Shown here in pieces: positions 63,895-64,000 of a DNA stretch of 64,000 bases (positions are counted from its first letter, which is position 1; the number at the start of each line of letters is the position of its first letter). Below the pieces are notes generated by a model. It was not told the DNA's origin, ran no database searches, and was given only the letters and a program-made list of their open reading frames with translations. The position numbers and the translations under genes were made by a program. Source of the stretch: Podarcis tiliguerta (taxonomy: Eukaryota); NCBI GenBank assembly GCA_965153285.1, contig OZ229115.1. One strand, written 5' to 3'.

Positions 63895-64000
63895 AGCTTA
63901 TATGGGAGAAGACTCTTCCATACGTATATTGAGCTACACTCCTACAATGTTTCTGTAAAGCAGGGAGAGTCAACATGGTGCCCTCTGCGTGTTGTGAATT

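Noticed and set aside
1-64000. Prokaryote-type systems (CRISPR arrays, operons, prophage) or endogenous viral ORFs
   Set aside because: Sequence is intron-containing vertebrate DNA; no repeat-spacer arrays or viral protein motifs seen

Overview
Vertebrate genomic DNA, almost certainly a squamate and most likely a lacertid lizard (Podarcis-type Sauria SINEs, BovB/RTE LINEs, Squam3-like SINEs). Bases 1-14 kb carry the last nine coding exons of MAST2 (+ strand). These run from the AGC-kinase C-terminal tail through the PDZ domain to a 2.1-kb terminal coding exon, and all introns are GT-AG and phase-compatible. The remaining ~50 kb has no recognisable protein-coding exon. It is a TE-rich intergenic region (SINEs, BovB/L2/CR1 fragments, Tc1/mariner, hAT and Harbinger-like MITEs, candidate solo LTRs, microsatellites) with several enhancer-like motif clusters. 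The most notable observations are: (i) a BovB copy whose 5' end is inverted and fused to its 3' end inside one TSD; (ii) two different Sauria SINEs stacked at one triplicated target site; (iii) five co-oriented CTCF-like motifs; (iv) a CpG-rich hAT MITE carrying NRF1 motifs; (v) a 62-bp-arm hairpin; (vi) a speculative spliced minus-strand micro-ORF and a TATA promoter candidate; (vii) no visible PIK3R3 3' end where human synteny would place it. I found no convincing new multi-gene system. Family names come from recalled consensus sequences, not database searches.
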